The position numbers and the translations under genes were made by a program. Source: an uncultured Actinomycetes bacterium (GTDB lineage Bacteria > Actinomycetota > Acidimicrobiia > IMCC26256 > PALSA-610). Taken from it: DNA of 64,000 nucleotides. Position 1 is the stretch's first letter, and every line of letters starts with the position of its first letter. The notes under the pieces were generated by a model. That model made no database searches. It saw nothing but the letters and a program-made list of their open reading frames with translations, and was not told the origin of the DNA. Shown one piece after another: positions 31,346 through 39,644 of the stretch. The stretch covers positions 20,624 to 84,623 of the forward strand of contig CAWEDT010000005.1 in NCBI GenBank assembly GCA_963807945.1. Reading direction: 5' to 3'.

Positions 31346-31740
31346 GGGAGGCCCTGCGGATGCGGCGCGACGATGCCCGCGGCTTCGCGCCAGGCATCGC
31401 GCAGCGGGATCAGGAGGTCTTTGCACGCGAGCAGCGGCGCGACATCTTTGTGGATGTTCGCGGCCACGAGCTCGTCCTTGATGTGACGGTAGAGCGCGGC
31501 GAGGCTCGCGGCTCCGGCCCACGTCTTCACGTCGAGCGTCACCAGGAGCTCGTCGATGATGTCCTGCGCGTGAACGAGTGCACTGTGCGCGCCGAACACG
31601 TCGTCGTCGTGGATCGCGGTCATCGCGCGCTCGAGGTCGAGCAACATGCGGTCGTAGAGCGCGACGATCGTCTGGCCCGGCGACATCGTGGTCACCGAAT
31701 CGCTGACGTATTGGCTGCGAGCTGATGCGAGTGATGCCAT
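31342..31740 (-). CDS. fliS: Flagellin export chaperone FliS
   Basis: VTTMSPGQTIVALYD, HAQDIIDEL, LAALY, LRDAWREA. Confidence 0.93.
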   Translation of the reverse strand: MASLASARSQYVSDSVTTMSPGQTIVALYDRMLLDLERAMTAIHDDDVFGAHSALVHAQDIIDELLVTLDVKTWAGAASLAALYRHIKDELVAANIHKDVAPLLACKDLLIPLRDAWREAAGIVAPHPQGLP

Positions 31741-31747
31741 GTCGGGA

Positions 31748-34252
31748 TCAGTTACCCGAGAACTTCGGCAGCTGACCGAGCGCGTTCGTGAGCGTGTCGC
31801 CGGTCGTCTTCAACGTGCTGATGATGGTCTCCATGTTCGTGAATTGCATCTGCAGGAGGCTCTGGTACTGCTGGATCTGGAGCTCCATGTCGGCGATCGT
31901 GTCGGTGAAGCTCTGCAGCTGCGTGTGCAGTGCGTTCTGCGCGGTCGTGATGTAGCCGTTGACCGCGTCGGTCGCGGAGTTCACGGCGGTGCTCACTCGT
32001 TGCGCGATGCCCGGGCTGTACGTGAACGTGCCGAGATCACCGAGCGTCGAACCGGTGATGTTGAGCGCGAGCCCACCGAACCCGGGTGTCGCGAACGGCG
32101 CGAGCAGCTGTTGCCCGTTCCCGGTCGCGGTCACGCCGTTGATGGTCCCGGCCACATCGGTGCCGGCGAACGTCGAGAAGTTGGTGCCGTCCCAGGCCAC
32201 GGAGAACTGGGAGTTGTGCCCGTAGCCGACGGTTGCGATCTGGATCCCGTCGGTGTTGACGTTCGCGGCGAGGGCCATGCCCGCGGCGGCGAACGCGGCG
32301 TTCAATCCGGTGACCACGTCGGCCTGCGTGTCGGTCGCCTTCACCTGGTAGGAGATCTGGCTGCTACCCACTTGCACGCCGATCGACGACGCGACACCGG
32401 TGGGCCAGGTTCCGTTGAGCCCGACCGACGATGCCTGCGTCGCGAGCTGGGTCACGTTCACGCTGTACGAGCCGCCCTGCGTCGAGTCGGACGCGGAGAT
32501 GAAGCTCATGTCGGGGTTGGCCGACGAGCCGCCCTGGGTGAACATCTTGGCGATGCCCGACGGGTTCGCGTTGTACGCGGCGAGGAACGTCGAGCGATCG
32601 AACTGGAACGTCCCCGTCTTGTCGGCGGTGACGCCGACGAGGCTCGGGCTGACGAGCGCCGATCCCGCGATCCCGTCTTCGAGCGCGGTGGCGAGCGCGT
32701 TCGAGAGCTGCGTCGTGGAGAAGTCACCGGTCAGCGGTTGCGCGGTCTTGGTCGTCGGGTCGTACGAGGTGAGGTCGGAGATCGTCTGGTGCAGCTGGTT
32801 CGCGGCGTCGACCATGGCCTGGATCTTGTCGGCGAGGCCGGAGCTGTCGTGCGCGCTCGAGATGGTCACCTGGTCGGTCGTCTTGCCGACGAGCGTGAGC
32901 GTGACGCCGGCCATGAGCCCGGTGACGACGTTCGAACCCGACGTCACCGTGAACGCGCCCGGACCGGAACCGATCGTGAGCTGCGCGTCGGCCGCCTGAT
33001 TCACCGAGACGAGACCGCCGGCGCCCGCGCCGAACTCGGATCCCGCGACATTGAGGTCGTGGAGCACGCCGGTCGTCGCTGACGTCAGTTGGAGGCGGTA
33101 CTGGTTCACGCCGACCTGCACCGCGCTCGCGATCACTCCGACGTTGGCGACGTTGATCGCGCCGACCACGGTCTGCAAGCTGCCGTCGCCGGTCGACACG
33201 TTCATCGTGTTGACCGTGCCCGCGCGGAGCCCGCCGGAGAAGGTTGCGCTGATCGTTCCGACCGCCGCGTTCAACGTGACCGCTTGGCCCGCGGCGATGC
33301 TGCTGAAGGTCTGCACCGGACCGCCGTCGACGCTGACCTTGCCGTCGACACCGGAGAGCGGGTGAGCCGTCGGTCGAGAGGTTCAACGCGGTGAGCGCGT
33401 TGCCGCCCGTGACTTGCAGCGTCGCCGCGCTTCCCTCTTCGGTGGTTGCGAGCGAGAGCTTGCCGGTTGCGCCGTCGACCGACGCCGTGAGCGGAGCACC
33501 CGCGCCGGTTGCCGCGTCCTGCACCGCCGACGCGAGTTGCGTCGCGGTGTAGGTGCCGTGCGCGAGCGTGAGCGTGTACGGGTTGCCGTCGATGCTGAGT
33601 TGGATCGTGTCGTTGGTGCCGTCGATGATCGTCGACGTGCTCAAGCGCGCTGTCGCCGAGCTTGGTGGCACCTTCCGAAGACTGGGTGACCGTCACCGAG
33701 TGCGCACCGATGGTCGAGCGCGTTGTCCGACGCGAACGTCGAGAACCCGATGGTCTGCCCGCCGGTCGCGAGCAGGATCGCGCTGTCGGATGCGAGTTGT
33801 GCGGAACCGCTGTTGAAGATGTTGGCGGAGCGGACACTGCCCGCGGTCGCGAGCTGGTCGACGCTGAACGAGAGATTGCCGGTCGACGATCCGATGCCGG
33901 CCGACACGACGACCGCATTCGGGTTCGACGACTGCGCGGTGAGTGCCTGCCACGCCGAGGGCGCGGAGAGCGCGCGAGCGGCGGCCTGCAGGAGCGTGGT
34001 GTCGGCTTGGATCTGCGAGTACGCGAGCAGTGACGAGTTGGCGGTCGCGATCTGCGAGTTGATCGGACCTTCCCGGCTGGCGCGTTGCGCGGCGACGAGC
34101 TGGGCGATGATCGCGCCGGTGTCGAGCCCGGTGGACAAACCGGAGATCGTCTGCGTCACGGCGCCACTGGTGCCGGTAACCGCGGTCGCGGTCGGTCCCG
34201 TTGTCGTGACGGCCGTGGGGTCCGTCCCCGAACCGGAGATCGCCGATGTCAC
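31748..34252 (-). CDS. fliD: Flagellar filament cap protein FliD, unusually long (~830 aa reconstructed; frameshifts ~33350-33720)
   Basis: ISGLSTGLDTGAIIAQLV N-terminus, VDQLATA, AADAQL, QFTNMETIISTL C-terminus. Confidence 0.88.
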
Positions 34253-34311
34253 GTTGCGCTCCTCTCGATGCACCTCGCGGCAACGGCTTCGTGTTCGAAC
34301 GCCGTTCCCGC

Positions 34312-34343
34312 GAGGGGTGGGGGAGTCGCCTCCCCCACCTCTC
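34312..34343. other. 14-bp stem-loop immediately downstream of the putative fliD promoter
   Basis: GAGGGGTGGGGGAG-tcgc-CTCCCCCACCTCTC (one G-T pair). Confidence 0.6.
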
Positions 34344-34369
34344 TATCGGACCAAAAGTCCGTGGCTGCA
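34343..34369 (-). promoter_or_regulatory. Possible sigma-28-type promoter of fliD
   Basis: Minus strand TGCA-N15-TCCGATAG. Confidence 0.4.
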
Positions 34370-34434
34370 GTACCCCCCGAGCCCGGCTTCTTTGTCAGCC
34401 CCGGCTGCTACTGCAACGCTTTGGGTCAGCTCCC

Positions 34435-35658
34435 TTACTGGAGGAGCTTGAGGATCGTCTGCGGAACGGCGTTCGCCTGCGCGAGCATGGCGGTACCGGC
34501 CTGCAAGAGGATCTGGTTCTTGGTGAAGTTCACCATTTCGAGCGACATGTCGGTGTCGATGATCTGCGACTCCGATGCCGACAAGTTCTGGCTGGTCACC
34601 TGCAGGTTCGAGATCGTGGACTGGAAGCGGTTCTGCACCGCGCCCAGCTGACCACGGTCACTGGACACCTCGTCGAGAGCGCCGTCGACCAAGGTCTGGG
34701 CACTCGCGAACGCGGTGGTGTTGGTCACGTCGATGCCGGACAGAGCGGTGAAGGCACCGTCGGTGCCGCCGGTGATCCGGGCATCGCTGATCGACAGTTG
34801 GATCTGGTCGTTCGCCGTGACGTTGGCACCGACCTGGAACACGCCGCCGCCGTTGGTGGTCGTCGTGGCCGACGCTGCGGTCAAGACCGGAACGCTGGCA
34901 CCGACTGCCGTGGTAGTGAGCTTGGCCGCGGTGTCACTGCTGTTGCGGACGAGCTCGACCTGCCACGCGCCGCCACCGAGGTCACGCACGTGCGCGGTGA
35001 CCGAGCCGGTGAAGCCGGCGTTGCCGGTGATCGCCGCGTTGATGTCGTTTTGCAACTCGGTCTGGTACGACGCCGCAGTGGTGTACGTACCGGTCACGAT
35101 CGCAACGGTGACCGAGAGGCTTGCGGTCGCGCCCGAGTCCACCACGAGGGTGAACGTGGCCGTGGCCGTGTTGCCGATCGTCAGACCGTTCGCCGCCGAC
35201 ACCGTTGTCGCCTGGATCCGAGCGGCCTGAGCGCCGAAGCTGCCGTTGAGCAGCGAAGCGTTACCGAACGAGGTCGTGTTCGCGACCCGGTCGATCTCGT
35301 CCCGCAACTGCACGATCTCGTTCTGCGCGGCCTGACGAGCCGTCCCATCGGACGCTCCCGTGTTAGCCGACTGGATCACGAGGTCGCGGATGCGCTGGAG
35401 CATTGACTGCACCGAAGACAGCGCACCTTCTGCGGTCTGCACGACCGAGATGCCGTCTTGGGCGTTCCGTGTTGCCTGCATGAGGCCGGAGACCTGAGAC
35501 TTCAGGCTCTCACTGATGACGAGGCCGGAAGCGTCGTCAGCAGCCTTGTTGATGCGGTAACCCGAGGACAGCTTTGACAAGCTGGCCGAGAGGCTTCCGC
35601 TGGTGTTCTCCAAGTTGTTGTAGGCGTTCAACGCCATGATGTTCGTATTGATGCGCAT
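34435..35658 (-). CDS. fliC: Flagellin (copy 1, 407 aa)
   Basis: MRINTNIMALNA, LSSGYRINKAADDASGL, NAQDGIS, RGQLGAVQNRF, AQANAVPQTILKLLQ; SD GGAGGAG. Confidence 0.97.
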   Translation of the reverse strand: MRINTNIMALNAYNNLENTSGSLSASLSKLSSGYRINKAADDASGLVISESLKSQVSGLMQATRNAQDGISVVQTAEGALSSVQSMLQRIRDLVIQSANTGASDGTARQAAQNEIVQLRDEIDRVANTTSFGNASLLNGSFGAQAARIQATTVSAANGLTIGNTATATFTLVVDSGATASLSVTVAIVTGTYTTAASYQTELQNDINAAITGNAGFTGSVTAHVRDLGGGAWQVELVRNSSDTAAKLTTTAVGASVPVLTAASATTTTNGGGVFQVGANVTANDQIQLSISDARITGGTDGAFTALSGIDVTNTTAFASAQTLVDGALDEVSSDRGQLGAVQNRFQSTISNLQVTSQNLSASESQIIDTDMSLEMVNFTKNQILLQAGTAMLAQANAVPQTILKLLQ

Positions 35659-35667
35659 CAGCGCGTT

Positions 35668-35706
35668 CTCCTCCGTGAATGGCCAAAGGGCCCAATCCGT
35701 GGGCCC
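35668..35706 (-). promoter_or_regulatory. CsrA-binding sites in the flagellin 1 leader
   Basis: Hairpin GGGCCC-ACGGATT-GGGCCC plus ACGGA overlapping the SD (TCACGGAGGAG). Confidence 0.75.
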
Positions 35707-35725
35707 CGTTTTGATTGCGAGCAAT

Positions 35726-35753
35726 GATTCGGCTGCGGCATCAGTCAGCTGTA
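35726..35753 (-). promoter_or_regulatory. Sigma-28-type promoter of flagellin 1
   Basis: Minus strand TACA-N16-GCCGAATC. Confidence 0.65.
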
Positions 35754-35821
35754 GGCCAAAGTGCCCGGGTGCCCGAATAGGTGCCGACCGTCACTCCCGA
35801 AGAACGAAGAGGGCCAAAGAA

Positions 35822-35849
35822 GAAGGGACGGCCCGGAGGCCGTCCCTTC
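35822..35849 (-). terminator. Intrinsic terminator after flagellin 2
   Basis: Perfect 12-bp stem GAAGGGACGGCC-cgga-GGCCGTCCCTTC followed on the minus strand by TTCTTT. Confidence 0.8.
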
Positions 35850-35871
35850 ATCAGTTCGAGGAGCTGGGTGC

Positions 35872-37095
35872 TTACTGGAGGAGCTTGAGGATCGACTGCG
35901 GGACGGAGTTCGCCTGGGCGAGCATCGCCGTGCCGGCCTGCAAGAGGATCTGGTTCTTGGTGAAGGTCACCATCTCGAGCGACATGTCGGTGTCGGCGAT
36001 CTGCGACTCCGATGCCGTCAGGTTCTGGCTGCTGACCTGCAGGTTCGAGATCGTCGACTGGAAGCGGTTCTGCACCGCACCCAGCTGACCCCGGTCACTG
36101 GAGACTTCGTCGAGGGCGCCGTCGATGAGGGTCTGGGCGCTCGCGAACGCAGTGGTGTTGGTCACGTCGATACCCGACAGTGACGTGAACGCACCGTCGG
36201 TTCCGCCGGTGATCCGCATGTCGTTGATCGACAGGGTGATCTGGTCGTTGGCGGTCACGTTGGCGCCGACCTGGAACACGCCGCCGCCGGTGGTGACCGT
36301 CGACGCGGTGCCTGCGGTCAGGACCGGGACGCTGGCGCCGACGGCAGTCGTGGTCAGCTTGGCCGCAGTGTCGGTGCTGTTGCGGACGAGCTCGACCGAC
36401 CAGGCGCCGCCGCCGAGGTCACGCACGTGCGCAGTGACCGCACCGGTGAAGCCGGCGTTGCCGGTAACCGCGGCGTCGATGTCGTTCTGCAACTCGGTCT
36501 GGAACGAGGCCGCAGTCGTGTAGGTACCGGTCGTGATGGTGACCGTCACTGACAGGCTCGCCGCCGCGCCCGAGTCGAGCACGAGGTCGAACGTGGCGGT
36601 GCCGGTGTTGCCGAGCGTGATGCCCGAGCCCGCGCCCACGGTTGTCCCGGAGAGGCGAGCGGCTTGCGCACCGAAGCTGCCGTTGAGCAACTCGGCGTTA
36701 CCGAACGACGTCGTGTTCGCGACGCGGTCGATCTCGTTGCGCAGCTGGACGATCTCGTTCTGCGCGGCTTGGCGGGCCGTCGAGTCCGAGGCGGCGGTGT
36801 TCGCCGACTGGATCACGAGGTCACGCATGCGCTGGAGCATGGCCTGCACCGAAGACAGTGCACCTTCTGCGGTCTGTACGACCGAGATGCCGTCTTGGGC
36901 GTTGCGGGTGGCCTGCTGGAGACCCGACACCTGCGACTTCAGGTTCTCACTGATCACAAGGCCCGACGCGTCGTCGGCCGCCTTGTTGATGCGATAACCC
37001 GACGAGAGCTTTTGCAGGCTGCTCGTGAGATTGGCGCTGGTGTTCTCGAGATTGTTGTAGGCGTTCAACGCCATGATGTTTGTGTTGATGCGCAT
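35872..37095 (-). CDS. fliC: Flagellin (copy 2, 407 aa)
   Basis: Same conserved N- and C-terminal flagellin motifs; collinear with copy 1. Confidence 0.97.
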   Translation of the reverse strand: MRINTNIMALNAYNNLENTSANLTSSLQKLSSGYRINKAADDASGLVISENLKSQVSGLQQATRNAQDGISVVQTAEGALSSVQAMLQRMRDLVIQSANTAASDSTARQAAQNEIVQLRNEIDRVANTTSFGNAELLNGSFGAQAARLSGTTVGAGSGITLGNTGTATFDLVLDSGAAASLSVTVTITTGTYTTAASFQTELQNDIDAAVTGNAGFTGAVTAHVRDLGGGAWSVELVRNSTDTAAKLTTTAVGASVPVLTAGTASTVTTGGGVFQVGANVTANDQITLSINDMRITGGTDGAFTSLSGIDVTNTTAFASAQTLIDGALDEVSSDRGQLGAVQNRFQSTISNLQVSSQNLTASESQIADTDMSLEMVTFTKNQILLQAGTAMLAQANSVPQSILKLLQ

Positions 37096-37103
37096 CGCGC
37101 GTT

Positions 37104-37138
37104 CTCCTCCGTGATGTACGCGACCCCGTCCTGTGGGG
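37104..37138 (-). promoter_or_regulatory. CsrA-binding sites in the flagellin 2 leader
   Basis: Hairpin CCCC-ACAGGAC-GGGG plus TCACGGAGGAG at the SD. Confidence 0.7.
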
Positions 37139-37178
37139 GCCGAGGCGCTCTCCTCGAACTCAGCCGAGGGGTTCAGTC

Positions 37179-37218
37179 CCGGCGCATTCCTGGTCGGTAG
37201 GAATGCGCCGGATCTGAG
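37179..37218 (-). promoter_or_regulatory. Putative flagellin 2 sigma-28 promoter embedded in a perfect 13-bp inverted repeat
   Basis: CCGGCGCATTCCT-ggtcggt-AGGAATGCGCCGG; minus strand CTCA-N16-ACCGAC with the -10 in the loop. Confidence 0.55.
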
Positions 37219-37253
37219 GAAATCACGGACGAGATTTCGTGCCGTTCCGTTAT

Positions 37254-38144
37254 TTACGCGCTGCCGACCGCGGCACGCGTGTGCTCGACGACTTCGTCGC
37301 CGGCGATGGGACGATCCGACAAGCGGGTCCGGAAGTCGGAGCCGGCTGCGACCGCCGCGTAGTAGCTCGCCTTGCGGCGGGCGACACGACCGTTGGGTCG
37401 CGGCTCTTCGGGAACTGCATCGGGCTCGAGCTGCGAGTTGACTCCGTCGCGGAGCAACAACAACGCCTCGGCCCGCAACTGGGAGATGCGCGACTCGCTC
37501 ACACCGAGCTCGTCGGCGAGGTCCTGCATCGAACGCTCTTCGAAGAAGTATCCGATCACCACGCGGCGCAGGCGCTCGGGGAGCGCACCGACCGCATCCA
37601 TGAGGTACGCCTTCTTCTCCCGATCGAGCAGCGTGTCCTCGGGACCGTCGTCAGTGCTGGCAATGAACGATTCCGCGTCGCCTTCTACGACCAACGAGTC
37701 GTAGTTGAGGACGGTCGCGCGGTGCACGTCGTCGACGAGCTTGTGCACGGTCTCCGGCGCGATACCGAGTGACTGCGCGACCTCTTCGGGCTTGGGCGCC
37801 CGGCCGAGGCGGTTGGTCAGCTCTTCCTGCGTGGCCTGGAGGCCGCGGGCACGCGAACGCACCGAGCGGCTGGCCCAGTCGCGGCCGCGCAGCTCGTCGA
37901 GCAGGGCGCCGCGAATGCGGGTGGATGCGAACCGGTCGAACGCAATGCCGCGCTCGGGGTCGAAGCTCCGCGCCGCCTGCGCGAGGCCGAGCATTCCGGC
38001 CGACACGAGGTCGTTGCGGCTCACGTGGTTGGGCACCCGGTGGGCGACCTCGGAAACCACGTACTGCACGAGTGGCAAGTGCTCCCGGACCAGTTGGTCC
38101 TCGACCCTCGCCTGCTCGGCATCGATCTGCATCGTGCTCTTCAC
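37254..38144 (-). CDS. fliA: FliA/WhiG-family sigma-28 factor
   Basis: HLPLVQYVV, DLVSAGMLGL, FDPERG..F..FASTRIRGALLDELRGRDW, LGVSESRISQL. Confidence 0.93.
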   Translation of the reverse strand: MKSTMQIDAEQARVEDQLVREHLPLVQYVVSEVAHRVPNHVSRNDLVSAGMLGLAQAARSFDPERGIAFDRFASTRIRGALLDELRGRDWASRSVRSRARGLQATQEELTNRLGRAPKPEEVAQSLGIAPETVHKLVDDVHRATVLNYDSLVVEGDAESFIASTDDGPEDTLLDREKKAYLMDAVGALPERLRRVVIGYFFEERSMQDLADELGVSESRISQLRAEALLLLRDGVNSQLEPDAVPEEPRPNGRVARRKASYYAAVAAGSDFRTRLSDRPIAGDEVVEHTRAAVGSA

Positions 38145-38323
38145 TCTGTCCCCCCGCTCCCGCTGGTTGATCCGTATGTTGGTAGTGCGTTTGTTGTGAA
38201 GAAGGCTTCGACGGGAGCGGCATCGGCGCTTGATCCATCCCAGGGTTGAAGTTTCTGGGCACGTACCGTGAGATCTCCGCACCGTCGGTAGTATGCGCAG
38301 GTGGCGGAGCTCGGGAGGCTGCC

Positions 38324-38971
38324 ATGGACGAACCTCGAAACGACCGAAAAGCGGTCGTCGGCGACGAGCTCGAGCTCGCGCGGCTCGGGGTTGCGGCGGT
38401 TTTGCACGCCCAGGGGATCGAAGTCGTCGCCGAGACGAACTCCGGTCGAGAGCTCGCCAGCGTCGCCGCGTTGGAAGAGCCCGATCTCGTCGTCGTCGGT
38501 TTCCCGGCCGACCTCTCGACCGTCGACACGGTGCGCCGGGTGCTGCGCGTGCGGCCCCGTCCGACCGTGGTCGCGCTGATCGCGACGGGTCAGGAACACG
38601 TCGTGGGGACGCTGATCGCGCTCGGCGCGCGCGGGATCGCGTTGCGGTCCGGCAGCGCCGACGACCTGAGTGACGTCTTCGCCTCGGTGCTCAAGGGCGA
38701 GCCCTACATCGTGTCGTCGCTGCACCGCGCCTTGGCCGGCAGTGTCGAGTTACCGCCGCTCGACGACCGCGTGCCGGAGCTGCTGAGCACGCGCGAACGC
38801 GAAGTGCTCGCGTGCCTCGCCCAGGGCCGATCGAACCGGGAGATCGCGGCGACGCTCTCGGTGACGCTGGCGACGGTGAAGTCTCACTTGGTGCGCATCT
38901 ACGCCAAGCTCGGCGCCACGAATCGGAACGAGTGCCTCGGCCGGGCCGTAAGCCTCGGCCTCCTGCGGTGA
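38324..38971 (+). CDS. Atypical NarL/LuxR response regulator (pseudo-receiver)
   Basis: Receiver-like N-terminus with PDLVVVG in place of PDxxxxD; C-terminal LSTREREVL..GRSNREIA..TVKSHL. Confidence 0.85.
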   Translation: MDEPRNDRKAVVGDELELARLGVAAVLHAQGIEVVAETNSGRELASVAALEEPDLVVVGFPADLSTVDTVRRVLRVRPRPTVVALIATGQEHVVGTLIALGARGIALRSGSADDLSDVFASVLKGEPYIVSSLHRALAGSVELPPLDDRVPELLSTREREVLACLAQGRSNREIAATLSVTLATVKSHLVRIYAKLGATNRNECLGRAVSLGLLR

Positions 38972-39077
38972 TCTAGCGGAGCGCGCAGCCTCGACTCGCC
39001 GGCGCCGCCGGCCGCACGGCTGGGTGCGACCAAACAAGAGGGCCGTGGGTGACCTTCGTCGCTCCGTGTCGCGATCC

Positions 39078-39106
39078 TTCATATCTCGGTACCTCCCCGC
39101 CGATGA
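39078..39106 (+). promoter_or_regulatory. Sigma-28-type promoter of the flgN-flgK-flgL-fliW operon
   Basis: TTCA-N17-GCCGATGA. Confidence 0.6.
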
Positions 39107-39157
39107 GACATCCGGCCGATCAGTTCCAGCCCGATGGCGGCGATCGCGAGGTAGACG

Positions 39158-39644
39158 ATGTCGCTGAGTGAGATATCGAACATTTTGTGGCGTGAACGCC
39201 AGCTCCTCGAGCTCTTGGTGTTCAAGCTGGAAGAGGAACAGCTCGTGCTCGCGTCCGGGCGAACGCGCTGGCTCTCGCACACGACCCGCGAGGTCGAGAC
39301 GATCCTCGAGGAGATCAAGCGCGTCGAGCTCGAACGCGCGATGGCAGTCGCCGGCTCGGCCGGTGAGCTCGGCATGTCCGACACGCCGTCGCTCCGTGAG
39401 CTCGCGGCGATCGCGCCCACTCCGTGGGACGGAATCTTCGCCGAACACCGCCGCACGCTGTTGACCCTCGCGCAGGAGATCGACTCGATCACGAAGTCGA
39501 ATCGCGACATGCTCCAGCGCGGTCAGGTCGCGGCGCGCGAAGCGCTCGTCATCACTCGGCGAGATCGACATCGACTCCTACGACGCGAGCGGCACCATGC
39601 CCGATCGCTCGCTCGCGTTGCGTCTGGTCGACAAGGCAGTCTGA
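39158..39644 (+). CDS. flgN: Flagellar export chaperone FlgN (frameshift ~39550 fuses it to flgK in the ORF track)
   Basis: LWRERQLLELLVFKLEEEQLVLASGRTRWL actinobacterial FlgN signature; alternate frame ends LVDKAV-TGA overlapping the flgK ATG. Confidence 0.85.

Noticed and set aside
38200-38250. Sigma-28 autoregulatory promoter for fliA
   Set aside because: Candidate TCA and GCCGAT/GTCGAA boxes are spaced 18-19 nt, outside the range of the other sites; not supported well enough.
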